Assembly (NCBI GenBank): GCA_021787535.1
Contig: JAJYLR010000002.1
Span: 24,556 to 88,555, forward strand
Length of the DNA: 64,000 bases
Reading direction: 5' to 3'
Origin: a bacterium
GTDB taxonomy: Bacteria; Patescibacteriota; CPR2; UBA1875; JAJYID01
In this document: in pieces, positions 29,138-39,047 of the stretch
Layout: every line of letters starts with the position of its first letter
Numbering within the stretch: the stretch's first letter is position 1
Made by a program: the position numbers and the translations under genes
The notes under the pieces: generated by a model
Told to the model about the DNA's origin: nothing
Database searches by the model: none
Seen by the model: only the letters and a program-made list of their open reading frames with translations

Positions 29138-32025
29138 TAAAAATTTATCATAAAACTATTCTTTTATTCAAGCTTGACAATGTGCTCAATCATGCTAGAA
29201 TGCAAAAGCAAACAAACATAAAATTTATGATAAGTATCATTAGTTTATTTAAATTATTTTCCAAGGGTAAGGGGGTAATGGCGCTTCTACTAACAACTCT
29301 TGGTTTTTTGTTTATTATAGGTCACCCCCAAAAAACATTCGCAGCATTAGATAATAGTAATGTTATTTCAGATAATAGGTTTGTTGCTTCTGGCACAATG
29401 TCGGAGCAGGATATACAGAATTTTTTAAGTTCACATGGAAGCTACTTGGCAACTTATACTGTACCAGCAGCTAGATATGAAACATGGCAAGGTACCAGTT
29501 ATTATGAGAATCCTTGGATAGGACCCATTGGTAATGAAGTTAACGCTACTGGATGGAGTGCTGCTCATGTTATATATCAGGTTTCACAGTGGTATACCAT
29601 AAATCCGCAAGTCTTAATTACTACCCTAGAAAAAGAATCAGGTCTCATCACAACATCTAACCCTAGTTATTATGGGTTAGTACAATGGTCAATGGGATAT
29701 GCGTATACCGAAGGAGGTATTCTGAATGCCTGCGGTACAAGTACAAATTATAACCCGACGGGTTCGTGTGCCGGTTTCGCCATGCAGGTAGATTGGGGTG
29801 GAGGTGCTCTAAAACAATGGATGGTTTGGGCTAATGAACATAACTCAAGTGCAGGTATATATTACACAGGGAATACTGTGTCTATTGACGGGCAATCAAT
29901 ATACCTAGGCAATGGAGCAACTGCTGCTTTATACCGATATACTCCTCATATTCAGACAAGTTTTTACAATATTTTTACCTCCTGGTTTAGTATAGAGAGG
30001 GCAATTGCAGACAATGGAGATCAACGCCAATGGATTGTTGATTATACAACAGGCACGCGACAATATATCCCAAGTGCTAGTGTAATTAATGCTTGGAATT
30101 TAGATACTAATGCACCTTTACAAACAATGAGCGCTACAACATTGGGGTCTTTTCGTGATATGACAGATCCTTTGGGAAACATAATCCGTCCCAGTGGAAC
30201 CCTTACCATCTATTATGTTAATGGTGGTAGAAAGTATCCAATTGCCTCAATTGGGGTTTTTGCAGAGTGGGGTCTTTCCACCCAAGATATCATTGATACC
30301 ACGGCCAATACTGGAAGTTTATCTATAACCACTAATACTGCTACATATTTGGATAGTAATCAACAACAATGGTTAATAGATTTTACGGTAAATACTCGAT
30401 ATTATATTTCTTCAGGCGATATATCTAGCGCTTGGGGTATTAGTGTTGATCCAAATAACCAAAACAATAATGCTCCTACTGTTAGCTTGCCTAATGCTAT
30501 TTTCTCTGGGATTGTACAAGGAGCAAATCTAGGAAGAGTTGTAAGACCTAGTGGCGATGTGGCAATTTATTTTGTTGATAATGGAACCCGCTACCATATT
30601 ATGTCTCCCGAGATGATGTCTGCTTGGGGAATCTCTACAGATTCGGTTCTCAATCTCTCAAAGCAATTAATAGATGTTTCGTTACATCAAGCAGATTTAG
30701 GATATATAGTAAAGGATCCAAATAACACAAATATCTACATGGTTGATGGTTCGAATGGATTAGGCCAAACAATTCTTAGGCAATATGGCAGTCCTGATGT
30801 TCTGGTTGCATGGGAAGGGAATGTGCAAAATATAGCCATTTCAAATACTTTCTTTACAAGCAACATGACTGTTAGTGCTGATCAGATTACCACAACAAAA
30901 ATTGCCTATAATGGTAATGAATATCAAGTTGTTTCGGGACAAAAACTGCCTATGTCAGACACTGTTGCCCACCTTTATCCAGGAGTGGCACAAAATATCT
31001 CTGATGCTACCTTTAATAGACTAGTTCCTAGTGCTCCTGTTGTTCAATTTATAAGAAGCTATGATAGCACCGATGTATATATGATAGATAACCTTAAGAA
31101 ACATAAGGTTTTAAGTCCAGAGATACTTCGAGCATGGGGTATAGGACCTGATCCCATTATTAATATTGTCAATAGTGGCTACCTTAACTTAATCCCTTCC
31201 GATACAGATTTAAATACTTATGAAGCTGATGTAAGTGGCCAGCTTTATCTGATGGATGGTCGCAAGATTACTATTCCAGCAAACTTAGATACTGCATATA
31301 GAACAGTTAATGTTTATAGTCCTAGTACATACCTAATAACCCTTTTAGTTTCCGGTGAAAATGCCTCAAATTTTTTAAAGGGTTTTCAGACTGTGCCTAT
31401 TTATCTCATGGATAACGCTAAACTTCGTCATATCCGTTTCCCAGCTGATCTTGAACTTTTGAATTCAGGAGAAAACATTACCTCTGTTTCCCAATATGTT
31501 CTAAGCCAGTTTTCGGAAGATGCTTTTGTAGGGCATTATGTTACAGATGGGAGCACTAAATACCTAATAGATCATGGCACTAAGTACACTGTAAGCGACT
31601 CATTAGCTTCAGAATGGGGTCTTGGTACACCAGACACTTTAACGAGTGCTACTATCTCTAGATTTACAGGGTCTTCTGCCCTAACTAATCTTTTTAGAGA
31701 TTCGGGGGGCAATATTTATTTAATCAATCAAGGGATAAAAAGGCATATTCTCGGTCCCTCTGTTTTCTCAGCATGGGCCTTTCAAGAAAACCAAGTATTA
31801 AATACCTCAGATGCCTTGATTAATACTGTGCCCACGGGTCAATACCTTGATATATTAGCAAAGACTTCATCATCTCCGGCAATATATAAAATGGAACTAG
31901 GGATAAAAAGGCATATTCTTTCTCCCGAGGTCTTTACGTCCTTAGGATATCAACCGTCTATGGTATCCATAGTATCCTCAGCATTATTGGATAGCTATAA
32001 TGAAGGAAGTCCGATTTCGAATTAA
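29131..32025 (+). CDS. Large secreted protein: lysozyme-like N-terminal domain plus many surface repeats
   Basis: INPQVLITTLEKESGLIT, ATAALYRYTPH; repeated IY....G.(K/R)RHI.SP..F.AWG; start probably 29200-29278. Confidence 0.7.
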   Translation: MTIKIYHKTILLFKLDNVLNHARMQKQTNIKFMISIISLFKLFSKGKGVMALLLTTLGFLFIIGHPQKTFAALDNSNVISDNRFVASGTMSEQDIQNFLSSHGSYLATYTVPAARYETWQGTSYYENPWIGPIGNEVNATGWSAAHVIYQVSQWYTINPQVLITTLEKESGLITTSNPSYYGLVQWSMGYAYTEGGILNACGTSTNYNPTGSCAGFAMQVDWGGGALKQWMVWANEHNSSAGIYYTGNTVSIDGQSIYLGNGATAALYRYTPHIQTSFYNIFTSWFSIERAIADNGDQRQWIVDYTTGTRQYIPSASVINAWNLDTNAPLQTMSATTLGSFRDMTDPLGNIIRPSGTLTIYYVNGGRKYPIASIGVFAEWGLSTQDIIDTTANTGSLSITTNTATYLDSNQQQWLIDFTVNTRYYISSGDISSAWGISVDPNNQNNNAPTVSLPNAIFSGIVQGANLGRVVRPSGDVAIYFVDNGTRYHIMSPEMMSAWGISTDSVLNLSKQLIDVSLHQADLGYIVKDPNNTNIYMVDGSNGLGQTILRQYGSPDVLVAWEGNVQNIAISNTFFTSNMTVSADQITTTKIAYNGNEYQVVSGQKLPMSDTVAHLYPGVAQNISDATFNRLVPSAPVVQFIRSYDSTDVYMIDNLKKHKVLSPEILRAWGIGPDPIINIVNSGYLNLIPSDTDLNTYEADVSGQLYLMDGRKITIPANLDTAYRTVNVYSPSTYLITLLVSGENASNFLKGFQTVPIYLMDNAKLRHIRFPADLELLNSGENITSVSQYVLSQFSEDAFVGHYVTDGSTKYLIDHGTKYTVSDSLASEWGLGTPDTLTSATISRFTGSSALTNLFRDSGGNIYLINQGIKRHILGPSVFSAWAFQENQVLNTSDALINTVPTGQYLDILAKTSSSPAIYKMELGIKRHILSPEVFTSLGYQPSMVSIVSSALLDSYNEGSPISN

Positions 32026-32107
32026 CATCAGAATACATATGTCTTGTCAGATTAAGATATAATTGACACTGTTGGCAATTTTTGCTATATTTTAACTTGT
32101 TTTCAAG

Positions 32108-32902
32108 ATGGAAAAAATAAAACAATACAATTACTTTGGATTAACCAGAGAACTGGCTCTTACTGATTTTAAACTTAAATACCAGGGCTCTTTTTTTGGA
32201 TATTTATGGTCCCTAGCTAAGCCTTTAATGCTTTTTGGAGTTCTTTACCTCGTGTTTACTAGATTCTTTAGATTAGGTGGTTCGATACCCCACTATCCCG
32301 TTTACTTATTATTGGGCATAGTTCTTTTTAACTATTTCGTAGAGTCAACATCAGCTTCAATGGGGTCTATAGTAGGTAAAGGTGATCTTATTAGAAAGGT
32401 TTACTTTCCAAGAATTATACTGACGGTTTCTACATCGATCACAGCTCTGATAACTCTATTACTTAATATGATTGTAGTATTTATTTTTATGATATTATCA
32501 AAAACGGTTCCCACTATAGATACACCCTTCTTAGTTCTACTTTTATTGGAACTCTTCGTTTTGGTATCAGGTGTTTCCTTATTTCTTGCCTCACTATTTG
32601 TGCGCTTTAGAGACATTGCTCATATTTGGGAGGTTTGTAATCAAGTACTTTTCTATGCGGTTCCTATAATCTACCCCCTTAGTTTTGTTCCTGGTAGAAT
32701 TGGAAAAATACTATTATTAAATCCCCTTGCTCAAATTATTCAAGATTCGAGATTCGTATTAATTACCCATCAAACAGCTACGGCTGGGTCTATGTTACAT
32801 TTTCCATATGTTTTTATTCCATATACTCTACCCTTCATAGTTTTTGCATTTGGGTATTGGTTTTTTCAAAAATCAGCAGCTAAGTTTGCGGAAGAGGTTT
32901 AA
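32108..32902 (+). CDS. wzm: Polysaccharide ABC transporter permease
   Basis: DFKLKYQGS..GYLWSL..PL, LIRKVYFPR, FRDIAHIW, NPLAQII. Confidence 0.92.
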   Translation: MEKIKQYNYFGLTRELALTDFKLKYQGSFFGYLWSLAKPLMLFGVLYLVFTRFFRLGGSIPHYPVYLLLGIVLFNYFVESTSASMGSIVGKGDLIRKVYFPRIILTVSTSITALITLLLNMIVVFIFMILSKTVPTIDTPFLVLLLLELFVLVSGVSLFLASLFVRFRDIAHIWEVCNQVLFYAVPIIYPLSFVPGRIGKILLLNPLAQIIQDSRFVLITHQTATAGSMLHFPYVFIPYTLPFIVFAFGYWFFQKSAAKFAEEV

Positions 32903-34173
32903 TGAGTGATGTAATACAAAAACTAACCAAAAAGAAAAAAACTTCTAAAAAAGAAGTTGCAATTGAGGTAAAGAATATTTCAAAGACCTTTAAAGTACCC
33001 CATGAAAAACATATGACATTAAAAGCAACAGCATTAAATGTATTGCGAAAAAAACGTTATGAAGAATTTCAAGCTTTAAAGAATATAAATTTTGAGGTTA
33101 AAAAGGGTGAGTTTTTTGGAATTATTGGTAGAAATGGTTGCGGGAAAAGCACTTTGCTAAAGATTATTGCGAGTATTTACATTCCCACCGAAGGACAAAT
33201 AAAAATTAAAGGTAAAATCTCTCCCTTTTTAGAGCTTGGGGTAGGATTTAACCCCGAATTAACCGCTAGAGAAAATGTTTTTTTAGGAGGTTCTATTCTT
33301 GGCTTGTCAAGGAAAGAAATTTTTAAAAAATTTGATGAGATTATTCAATTTGCCGAATTAGAAGAATTTGTTGACATGAAATTTAAAAACTTCTCATCTG
33401 GAATGCAGGTTAGACTTGCATTCTCACTTTCCATTTACGCTCATGCCGAGATTCTTTTGATGGATGAAGTCTTGGCTGTTGGAGATGCAAATTTTCAGGC
33501 CAAGTGCCTAGAAGAATTTAAGAAATATAGGCAACGTGGTAAAACAGTTGTTCTAGTAACGCATGATATTGGAACTGTTAGACAACATTGTGACAGAGCT
33601 GCACTTTTAAGGAATGGTAAGATTGTTAAGATAGGCAAGGCAGAAGACGTGACGACAAAATATATAGCCCAAAATATGTCTGACCAAGAAGCAGCAGAAA
33701 TAAAAACAGATCACGCTAGTAAGTTGAAGCAATTTGGCACAAAGGATATAGTAATTACCTCAACCAAGGTTTTTGATTCAAACAATAAGGAAAGACAGTC
33801 TTTTTTAGCTGGAGATCCTATGACAGTTAAGATTGAATACAAGGCCAAAAAGACAGTAGAAGGACCACATTTTGGTATAGCAATGATTGATACGGGGGGA
33901 AATCTGCTTTGTTCTAGCAATCATTTAAGACATATGCAGATCATTAATAAAATTGAGAAAGGCCAAGTTGGTTATGTGGAATGCAAAATAAAAAGTCTAC
34001 CATTTTTAACAGGCAGTTATTTTATAACAGTCTCAATTTATTCTGATAAGTTTAAAAGTGCTCCTCGTGCCATTCATCACATTGAAAAAGCTAAGAAGAT
34101 TAATATAACAAACAAAAATCAGATTTCTGATGAGGGCATGATATTTTTAAATTGTGATTGGAAAATTTCATGA
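32902..34173 (+). CDS. wzt: Polysaccharide ABC transporter ATPase with C-terminal carbohydrate-binding domain
   Basis: GRNGCGKST, FSSGMQVRLAF, DEVLAVGD; C-terminal extension. Confidence 0.93.
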   Translation: MSDVIQKLTKKKKTSKKEVAIEVKNISKTFKVPHEKHMTLKATALNVLRKKRYEEFQALKNINFEVKKGEFFGIIGRNGCGKSTLLKIIASIYIPTEGQIKIKGKISPFLELGVGFNPELTARENVFLGGSILGLSRKEIFKKFDEIIQFAELEEFVDMKFKNFSSGMQVRLAFSLSIYAHAEILLMDEVLAVGDANFQAKCLEEFKKYRQRGKTVVLVTHDIGTVRQHCDRAALLRNGKIVKIGKAEDVTTKYIAQNMSDQEAAEIKTDHASKLKQFGTKDIVITSTKVFDSNNKERQSFLAGDPMTVKIEYKAKKTVEGPHFGIAMIDTGGNLLCSSNHLRHMQIINKIEKGQVGYVECKIKSLPFLTGSYFITVSIYSDKFKSAPRAIHHIEKAKKINITNKNQISDEGMIFLNCDWKIS

Positions 34174-35087
34174 ATCTAAACAAAATTAAGCTTAGAAAAC
34201 TTTTATTTACTCAGGACAAAAAGTATACAATCAAGTGGATTAACTATGAGTTTTGCTCATCCTGTAATCTTAGGTGCAAATGGTGCTCACTGGATCATAA
34301 AAAGAAACCTATGTTTATAACAAATGAGATTTTGACATCTAGTCTGGATAATATAATACAAGATGAAGGGTTTGATATTGAGCGGATAGATTTGCATAAT
34401 GCCGGTGAGACATTGCTTCATCCGAAACTATCAGAATTATTAGGTATTCTAGCTAGCAAAAAAAAAGAGTTTAAAAACAAACCAACTATTCATCTCCTGA
34501 CGAATGGAACCTTGTTAAATGAAGAAAAGACGAAAATTATTCTTGCAAGTAATGCCCTTGACGAATTACGAGTTAGTATTGATGGTGGGACTAGACAATA
34601 TTATAACGAGATAAGGATTGGCGCTGATTGGGATAAAGTCAAAGAAAGAATTTCAAACTTTATTACATTCAATAAAAAGAAAATTAAAATTGGTGTTATT
34701 TGCATGGTGCCTCAAGAAAAACCACTGACAACTGACTGGATGGAAAGGGATTTTAAAGAACTTTTTAGTAAAATGGATAGTGTAGACCTTAGACATCCTC
34801 ATAACTGGGATGGGGCTAAAGATTTAAACTTATTTAAAAGTTCTGATTGGAAGGAGGAAAACAAGTTATGTAAATTCCTGTTAAAAAATCTGGTTATTCT
34901 TCCAAATGGAGATGTTACCGTTTGTTGTGCTGACTTGAATTCCAGAGGTGTTGTAGGGAACCTAAGAAACAAAACACTGACTGAGATCTTTTTTTCAGAA
35001 TCGAGATTAAAAATGATTGATTTATATAATAAAGGAAGGAAGTCAGAAATAGAACTTTGCAAAAACTGCACAGGATATTATGAATAG
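34170..35087 (+). CDS. Radical SAM / SPASM-twitch protein
   Basis: CNLRCKWC; C-terminal C...GDVTVCCAD...C..C. Confidence 0.88.
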   Translation: MNLNKIKLRKLLFTQDKKYTIKWINYEFCSSCNLRCKWCSLDHKKKPMFITNEILTSSLDNIIQDEGFDIERIDLHNAGETLLHPKLSELLGILASKKKEFKNKPTIHLLTNGTLLNEEKTKIILASNALDELRVSIDGGTRQYYNEIRIGADWDKVKERISNFITFNKKKIKIGVICMVPQEKPLTTDWMERDFKELFSKMDSVDLRHPHNWDGAKDLNLFKSSDWKEENKLCKFLLKNLVILPNGDVTVCCADLNSRGVVGNLRNKTLTEIFFSESRLKMIDLYNKGRKSEIELCKNCTGYYE

Positions 35088-35128
35088 TTTAATAAGTTGT
35101 TGTTGTTCACTAAAAGAGGTTTTCGCAT

Positions 35129-38062
35129 ATGAATGATGAAAAAAAATTATATTTGGAAGAACTACCATTTGATACTTATGGGAGACATGCTCTTATTCGA
35201 GATATTATTAATCTTGATCGTTCTGGCGATAAGATTAAAATACTTGATGTTGGGGGACGATATAATCTTATGACGAAATTTTTCCCAAATGACGAGGTTT
35301 TTTACCTTGATTTGGAGATTAACCCAGGGGATAAAAATGCAGTACAAGGTGATGGTTGCGATATTCCGCTCAAAGACAATAGTTTTGACTATGTTGTATC
35401 CTCTGATGTTTTCGAGCATATAAAACAAAAGGATAGGCAAAGATTTCTAAGGGAGTGCATGAGGGTAGCGAAAAATGGGCTTGTTTTAGCAGCTCCATTT
35501 TATTCAAAAGAAGTTGAGGAGGCGGAGAAAATTGCTAACGAAAGTTACAAAATAATTTTTGGGGGGCAAGACCATAGATGGCTTATTGAACATATAAAAA
35601 ACGGATTGCCAAGGGAAGATGAAGTTAAGAACTTTGTAAAAAGTAATAATTTGTACTCACAGGTATCTAACGTAAATAACCTTGGGTTGTGGGCGCAGTT
35701 AATCACAATCGGCTTTATAGCGATAGACAAAGGATTGATTAGTGAAGAATATAGTCGATTTAATAAATTCTACAATCAAGAGATTTACCCTATAGACAGA
35801 ACAAGGAACTCATATCGTAAAATCTTCCTTATTAAAAGAGAAAATAACTTTAATATGCCAAAAATTACAGAGGAGATTCCATTGGATTTGTACTTAAGAG
35901 CTGTTTCAATGGGCAACAATTTAACATTTGGTGTGATTAGTAAACTGGAGAGTAATGAAAGGGAACTGATTTTGAAAAATCAAGAGATCAGGAAAGAAAT
36001 GAAACAACAACTGGATCAAAAGCACAAAGAGCTAGAAGAAAAAGTGAAAGAGACAGAAGAGATACGGACTTCAACAAGTTGGAAGGTTACAAAGCCAATG
36101 AGAAAAATCAAAGATATAAGTAATAAAGTCTTATTATTAGGTAAAAAATCCATTACTGTGATCAAAGAGGAAGGTGTCTTTGAATTTTTTAAGCGAGTGG
36201 GTAAATACGTAACTCATAGAACAATAGCTAGATTGCATCAACAAAAAACCTTCTCCCATAGTTACCTAGATATCTCCCAATGGTATCAGGGAAATAAGAA
36301 GAAAGTGACTGTAGTCATACCAAGTTATAACGACTACAAATTGCTTAAAAAATGTATTGATAGTATTAACAGGACAGCAGATGAGAGATATGTGGATGTG
36401 ATAATAGTTGATGATGCTAGTACTAAGAATGAACACCAAAGCTTTTTGAAGTCATTAAACCAGAAGAATATTAAAGTAATCTATAACAAGAAAAATAGTG
36501 GTTTCGCCAAAACAGTTAATGTTGGTATGAAGGCAGCAAAAACCGGTGATATTGTTGTTTTAAATAGTGATATAGAAGCAAAGAAATACTGGCTTGAGTC
36601 TCTTCAGTATGCTGCATATTCCTCAAAAGACATAGGAATCGTCGGTGGTAAGCTTCTATATCCTAATAAAACCATTCAATATGCTGGATCATATCGTAAT
36701 CTAGATGCTCCTGAATGGTTTGATCACTATTACCGTTTTAAACCATCATCTTTTCCACCCGCAAATATACCTAACTTTGTACTAGGAATTACAGGGGCTT
36801 GTATGTATATCAAAAGCGAGGTAATTAAAAACATAGGTTATATGGATGAAAAATTTCCAATGGCCTTTGAGGATATGGATTATAGTATACGGGCTTGGAA
36901 TGTGGGATATAAAAGTCTGTATTTCCCTATGGCTACTCTCATTCATCATGAGTCGATTACACGTGGGACAAAACAAGGAGCTCGAGAGAAGGAATCTCTC
37001 AGATATTTCTGGCAAAAATGGGGTGATTGGTTTGACAAAAGAAATGTAAGAAATAGTGAGGGAGTAACAAAGATTATATATGTTATTCAATCTACGGGTG
37101 TTGGTGGAGGAGCGAGGATTATATTTGAACATGTTAATAAACTTAAAGAGCTTGGTTATGATGTAGAACTCTATAATCTCGAAGGAAATCCAAAATGGTT
37201 TAAGCTAGACGTTCCAGTGAAGACGTTTAAGAACTATTCTCAGCTTATAAAAGCATTGGAAAATGAAGAGGCAATTAAAGTTGCCACTTGGTGGGAAACA
37301 GCAGAACCAGTTTGGCTTTCTTCTGTAAGAAAGGGAGTCCCAGTTTATTTCGTCCAAGACATAGAATCGTCTTATTACAAAGATGATGAATATATGCAGA
37401 ACTTTGTGTTATCAAAGTACAGAAAGGAATTCAGATATTTTACTACCTCTGGAGTTAATGAAAAGGCACTTAAGGATATGGGTTTAATACCAGCAGTCAT
37501 TCCTTGTGGCATGGATACCACTATATATAAACCTCTTGAGGTGAAAAGAGAAAAAGATGTGATGCTTTCTGTAGGTCGAAGTCACTACTTGAAGAATCTC
37601 ACTATGACTATGGATGCTTGGAAAGAAATCAAAGATAAACAACCTACATTTTGGATGTTTGGTATAGAACCACAAGTTGCTGATGGAATACAAAATACTA
37701 AATACTATTACAAACCAACAGATGAAGGTGTAAACGAACTTTATAATAAGGCAACTATATTTGTTCAAACTTCAAGACATGAAGGTTTTTGTCTCCCTGT
37801 TCTAGAAGCTATGGCTGCTGGGGCTCCAGTGATATGCACAGATGCACATGGAAATGCAGATTTCTGTGTCGATGGGGAAAATTGTCTGATGATTGAGCAT
37901 GATGATGTAAATAATCTTAAAAGACAGATTAAAAAACTTTTCTCAGATAAGAAACTACAAGAAAAATTGAGGAAATCAGGATATAAAACAGCGCAGCAAT
38001 ATTCCTGGCCAGTTATAATGAAAAAATTAACAAATTTTTTTGATAACATTGCAAATAATTAG
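35129..38062 (+). CDS. Multidomain methyltransferase - coiled coil - GT2 - GT4 protein
   Basis: ILDVGG..DVFEH; K/E/Q-rich coil ending STSWKVTKPMR; VVIPSYN..VDDAS..LNSD..FED; EGFCLPVLEAMAAG. Confidence 0.85.
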   Translation: MNDEKKLYLEELPFDTYGRHALIRDIINLDRSGDKIKILDVGGRYNLMTKFFPNDEVFYLDLEINPGDKNAVQGDGCDIPLKDNSFDYVVSSDVFEHIKQKDRQRFLRECMRVAKNGLVLAAPFYSKEVEEAEKIANESYKIIFGGQDHRWLIEHIKNGLPREDEVKNFVKSNNLYSQVSNVNNLGLWAQLITIGFIAIDKGLISEEYSRFNKFYNQEIYPIDRTRNSYRKIFLIKRENNFNMPKITEEIPLDLYLRAVSMGNNLTFGVISKLESNERELILKNQEIRKEMKQQLDQKHKELEEKVKETEEIRTSTSWKVTKPMRKIKDISNKVLLLGKKSITVIKEEGVFEFFKRVGKYVTHRTIARLHQQKTFSHSYLDISQWYQGNKKKVTVVIPSYNDYKLLKKCIDSINRTADERYVDVIIVDDASTKNEHQSFLKSLNQKNIKVIYNKKNSGFAKTVNVGMKAAKTGDIVVLNSDIEAKKYWLESLQYAAYSSKDIGIVGGKLLYPNKTIQYAGSYRNLDAPEWFDHYYRFKPSSFPPANIPNFVLGITGACMYIKSEVIKNIGYMDEKFPMAFEDMDYSIRAWNVGYKSLYFPMATLIHHESITRGTKQGAREKESLRYFWQKWGDWFDKRNVRNSEGVTKIIYVIQSTGVGGGARIIFEHVNKLKELGYDVELYNLEGNPKWFKLDVPVKTFKNYSQLIKALENEEAIKVATWWETAEPVWLSSVRKGVPVYFVQDIESSYYKDDEYMQNFVLSKYRKEFRYFTTSGVNEKALKDMGLIPAVIPCGMDTTIYKPLEVKREKDVMLSVGRSHYLKNLTMTMDAWKEIKDKQPTFWMFGIEPQVADGIQNTKYYYKPTDEGVNELYNKATIFVQTSRHEGFCLPVLEAMAAGAPVICTDAHGNADFCVDGENCLMIEHDDVNNLKRQIKKLFSDKKLQEKLRKSGYKTAQQYSWPVIMKKLTNFFDNIANN

Positions 38063-38086
38063 TTTCTTAGTCACGAAAGGAATAGC

Positions 38087-38977
38087 TTGGGAAGATTCTT
38101 ATCGGCTGTTAAATCTCCAAATAAAACTATCAAAATCCTTAAAAAGCGCTATTTGGCTTTAGGTATTGATAGTACTTTAAGGGAACTGGAAAAAATATCT
38201 ACCGAACATAAGTTACAAGAAGGTCCACAAGGATCTAAGGTAAGCATTATTTTACTCACTTTTAATAATCTCAGATATTCAAAATCCTGTATTTATAGTA
38301 TTTTAGACTTTTCTAATTACTCAAATCTCGAGCTGGTCATTATTGATAACGGTTCTTCCGATGAAACGCCGGAATTTTTGAAAAACTTGGATAAAGATTA
38401 CGGAAATGTAAGAGTCATTCTGAATAAAAACAATAGAGGTTTTGCCGGAGCCTGCAATCAGGGTATCAAAAAAGCAACCGGCGAGTATTTTATTTTCCTA
38501 AATAACGATACCATTGTGACGCCGAACTGGATTGAGAGGCTTGTCCAGCCGCTCAAAGACAAAAAGATAGGACTGGTCGGGCCGATCACTAACTTTATGT
38601 GGAACCATCAGGAGATTGATATTTTTTATCGATCGCTTGATACGATGCTCAAAAAATCCAGCCAGGTTACCGGTCAAAACAAAGGTAAGACAAGAGTGGC
38701 ACGCGATGTCGCCTTTTTCTGTGTAGCGGCCCGCAGTGATGTTATAAAGGAGGTTGGAGATTTGGACGAACGTTTCGGTATGGGGATGTTTGAGGATGAT
38801 GATTACTGTCTAAGGGTGCAAAAAGCTGGCTATAAAATAGTTGTTGTCGAGGATGTTTTCGTTCATCATTTTGGACAAATTTCCCTTTTTAGTTTAGGAA
38901 GAGGCAAGTATAATGAGTTACTCGAGGAAAATCGGGAGAAGTTTGAGAAAAAATGGGGCAAGGGACAAAATGACTAA
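38087..38977 (+). CDS. Glycosyltransferase family 2
   Basis: SIILLTFN, IDNGSSD, FLNNDT, FEDDDYC. Confidence 0.92.
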   Translation: MGRFLSAVKSPNKTIKILKKRYLALGIDSTLRELEKISTEHKLQEGPQGSKVSIILLTFNNLRYSKSCIYSILDFSNYSNLELVIIDNGSSDETPEFLKNLDKDYGNVRVILNKNNRGFAGACNQGIKKATGEYFIFLNNDTIVTPNWIERLVQPLKDKKIGLVGPITNFMWNHQEIDIFYRSLDTMLKKSSQVTGQNKGKTRVARDVAFFCVAARSDVIKEVGDLDERFGMGMFEDDDYCLRVQKAGYKIVVVEDVFVHHFGQISLFSLGRGKYNELLEENREKFEKKWGKGQND

Positions 38978-39047
38978 TTAAGAATTTTTAATGTCTAATG
39001 AAGTTCCAATTTATCAATTTAAAAACAATTTATATTAGAACGAAGTT

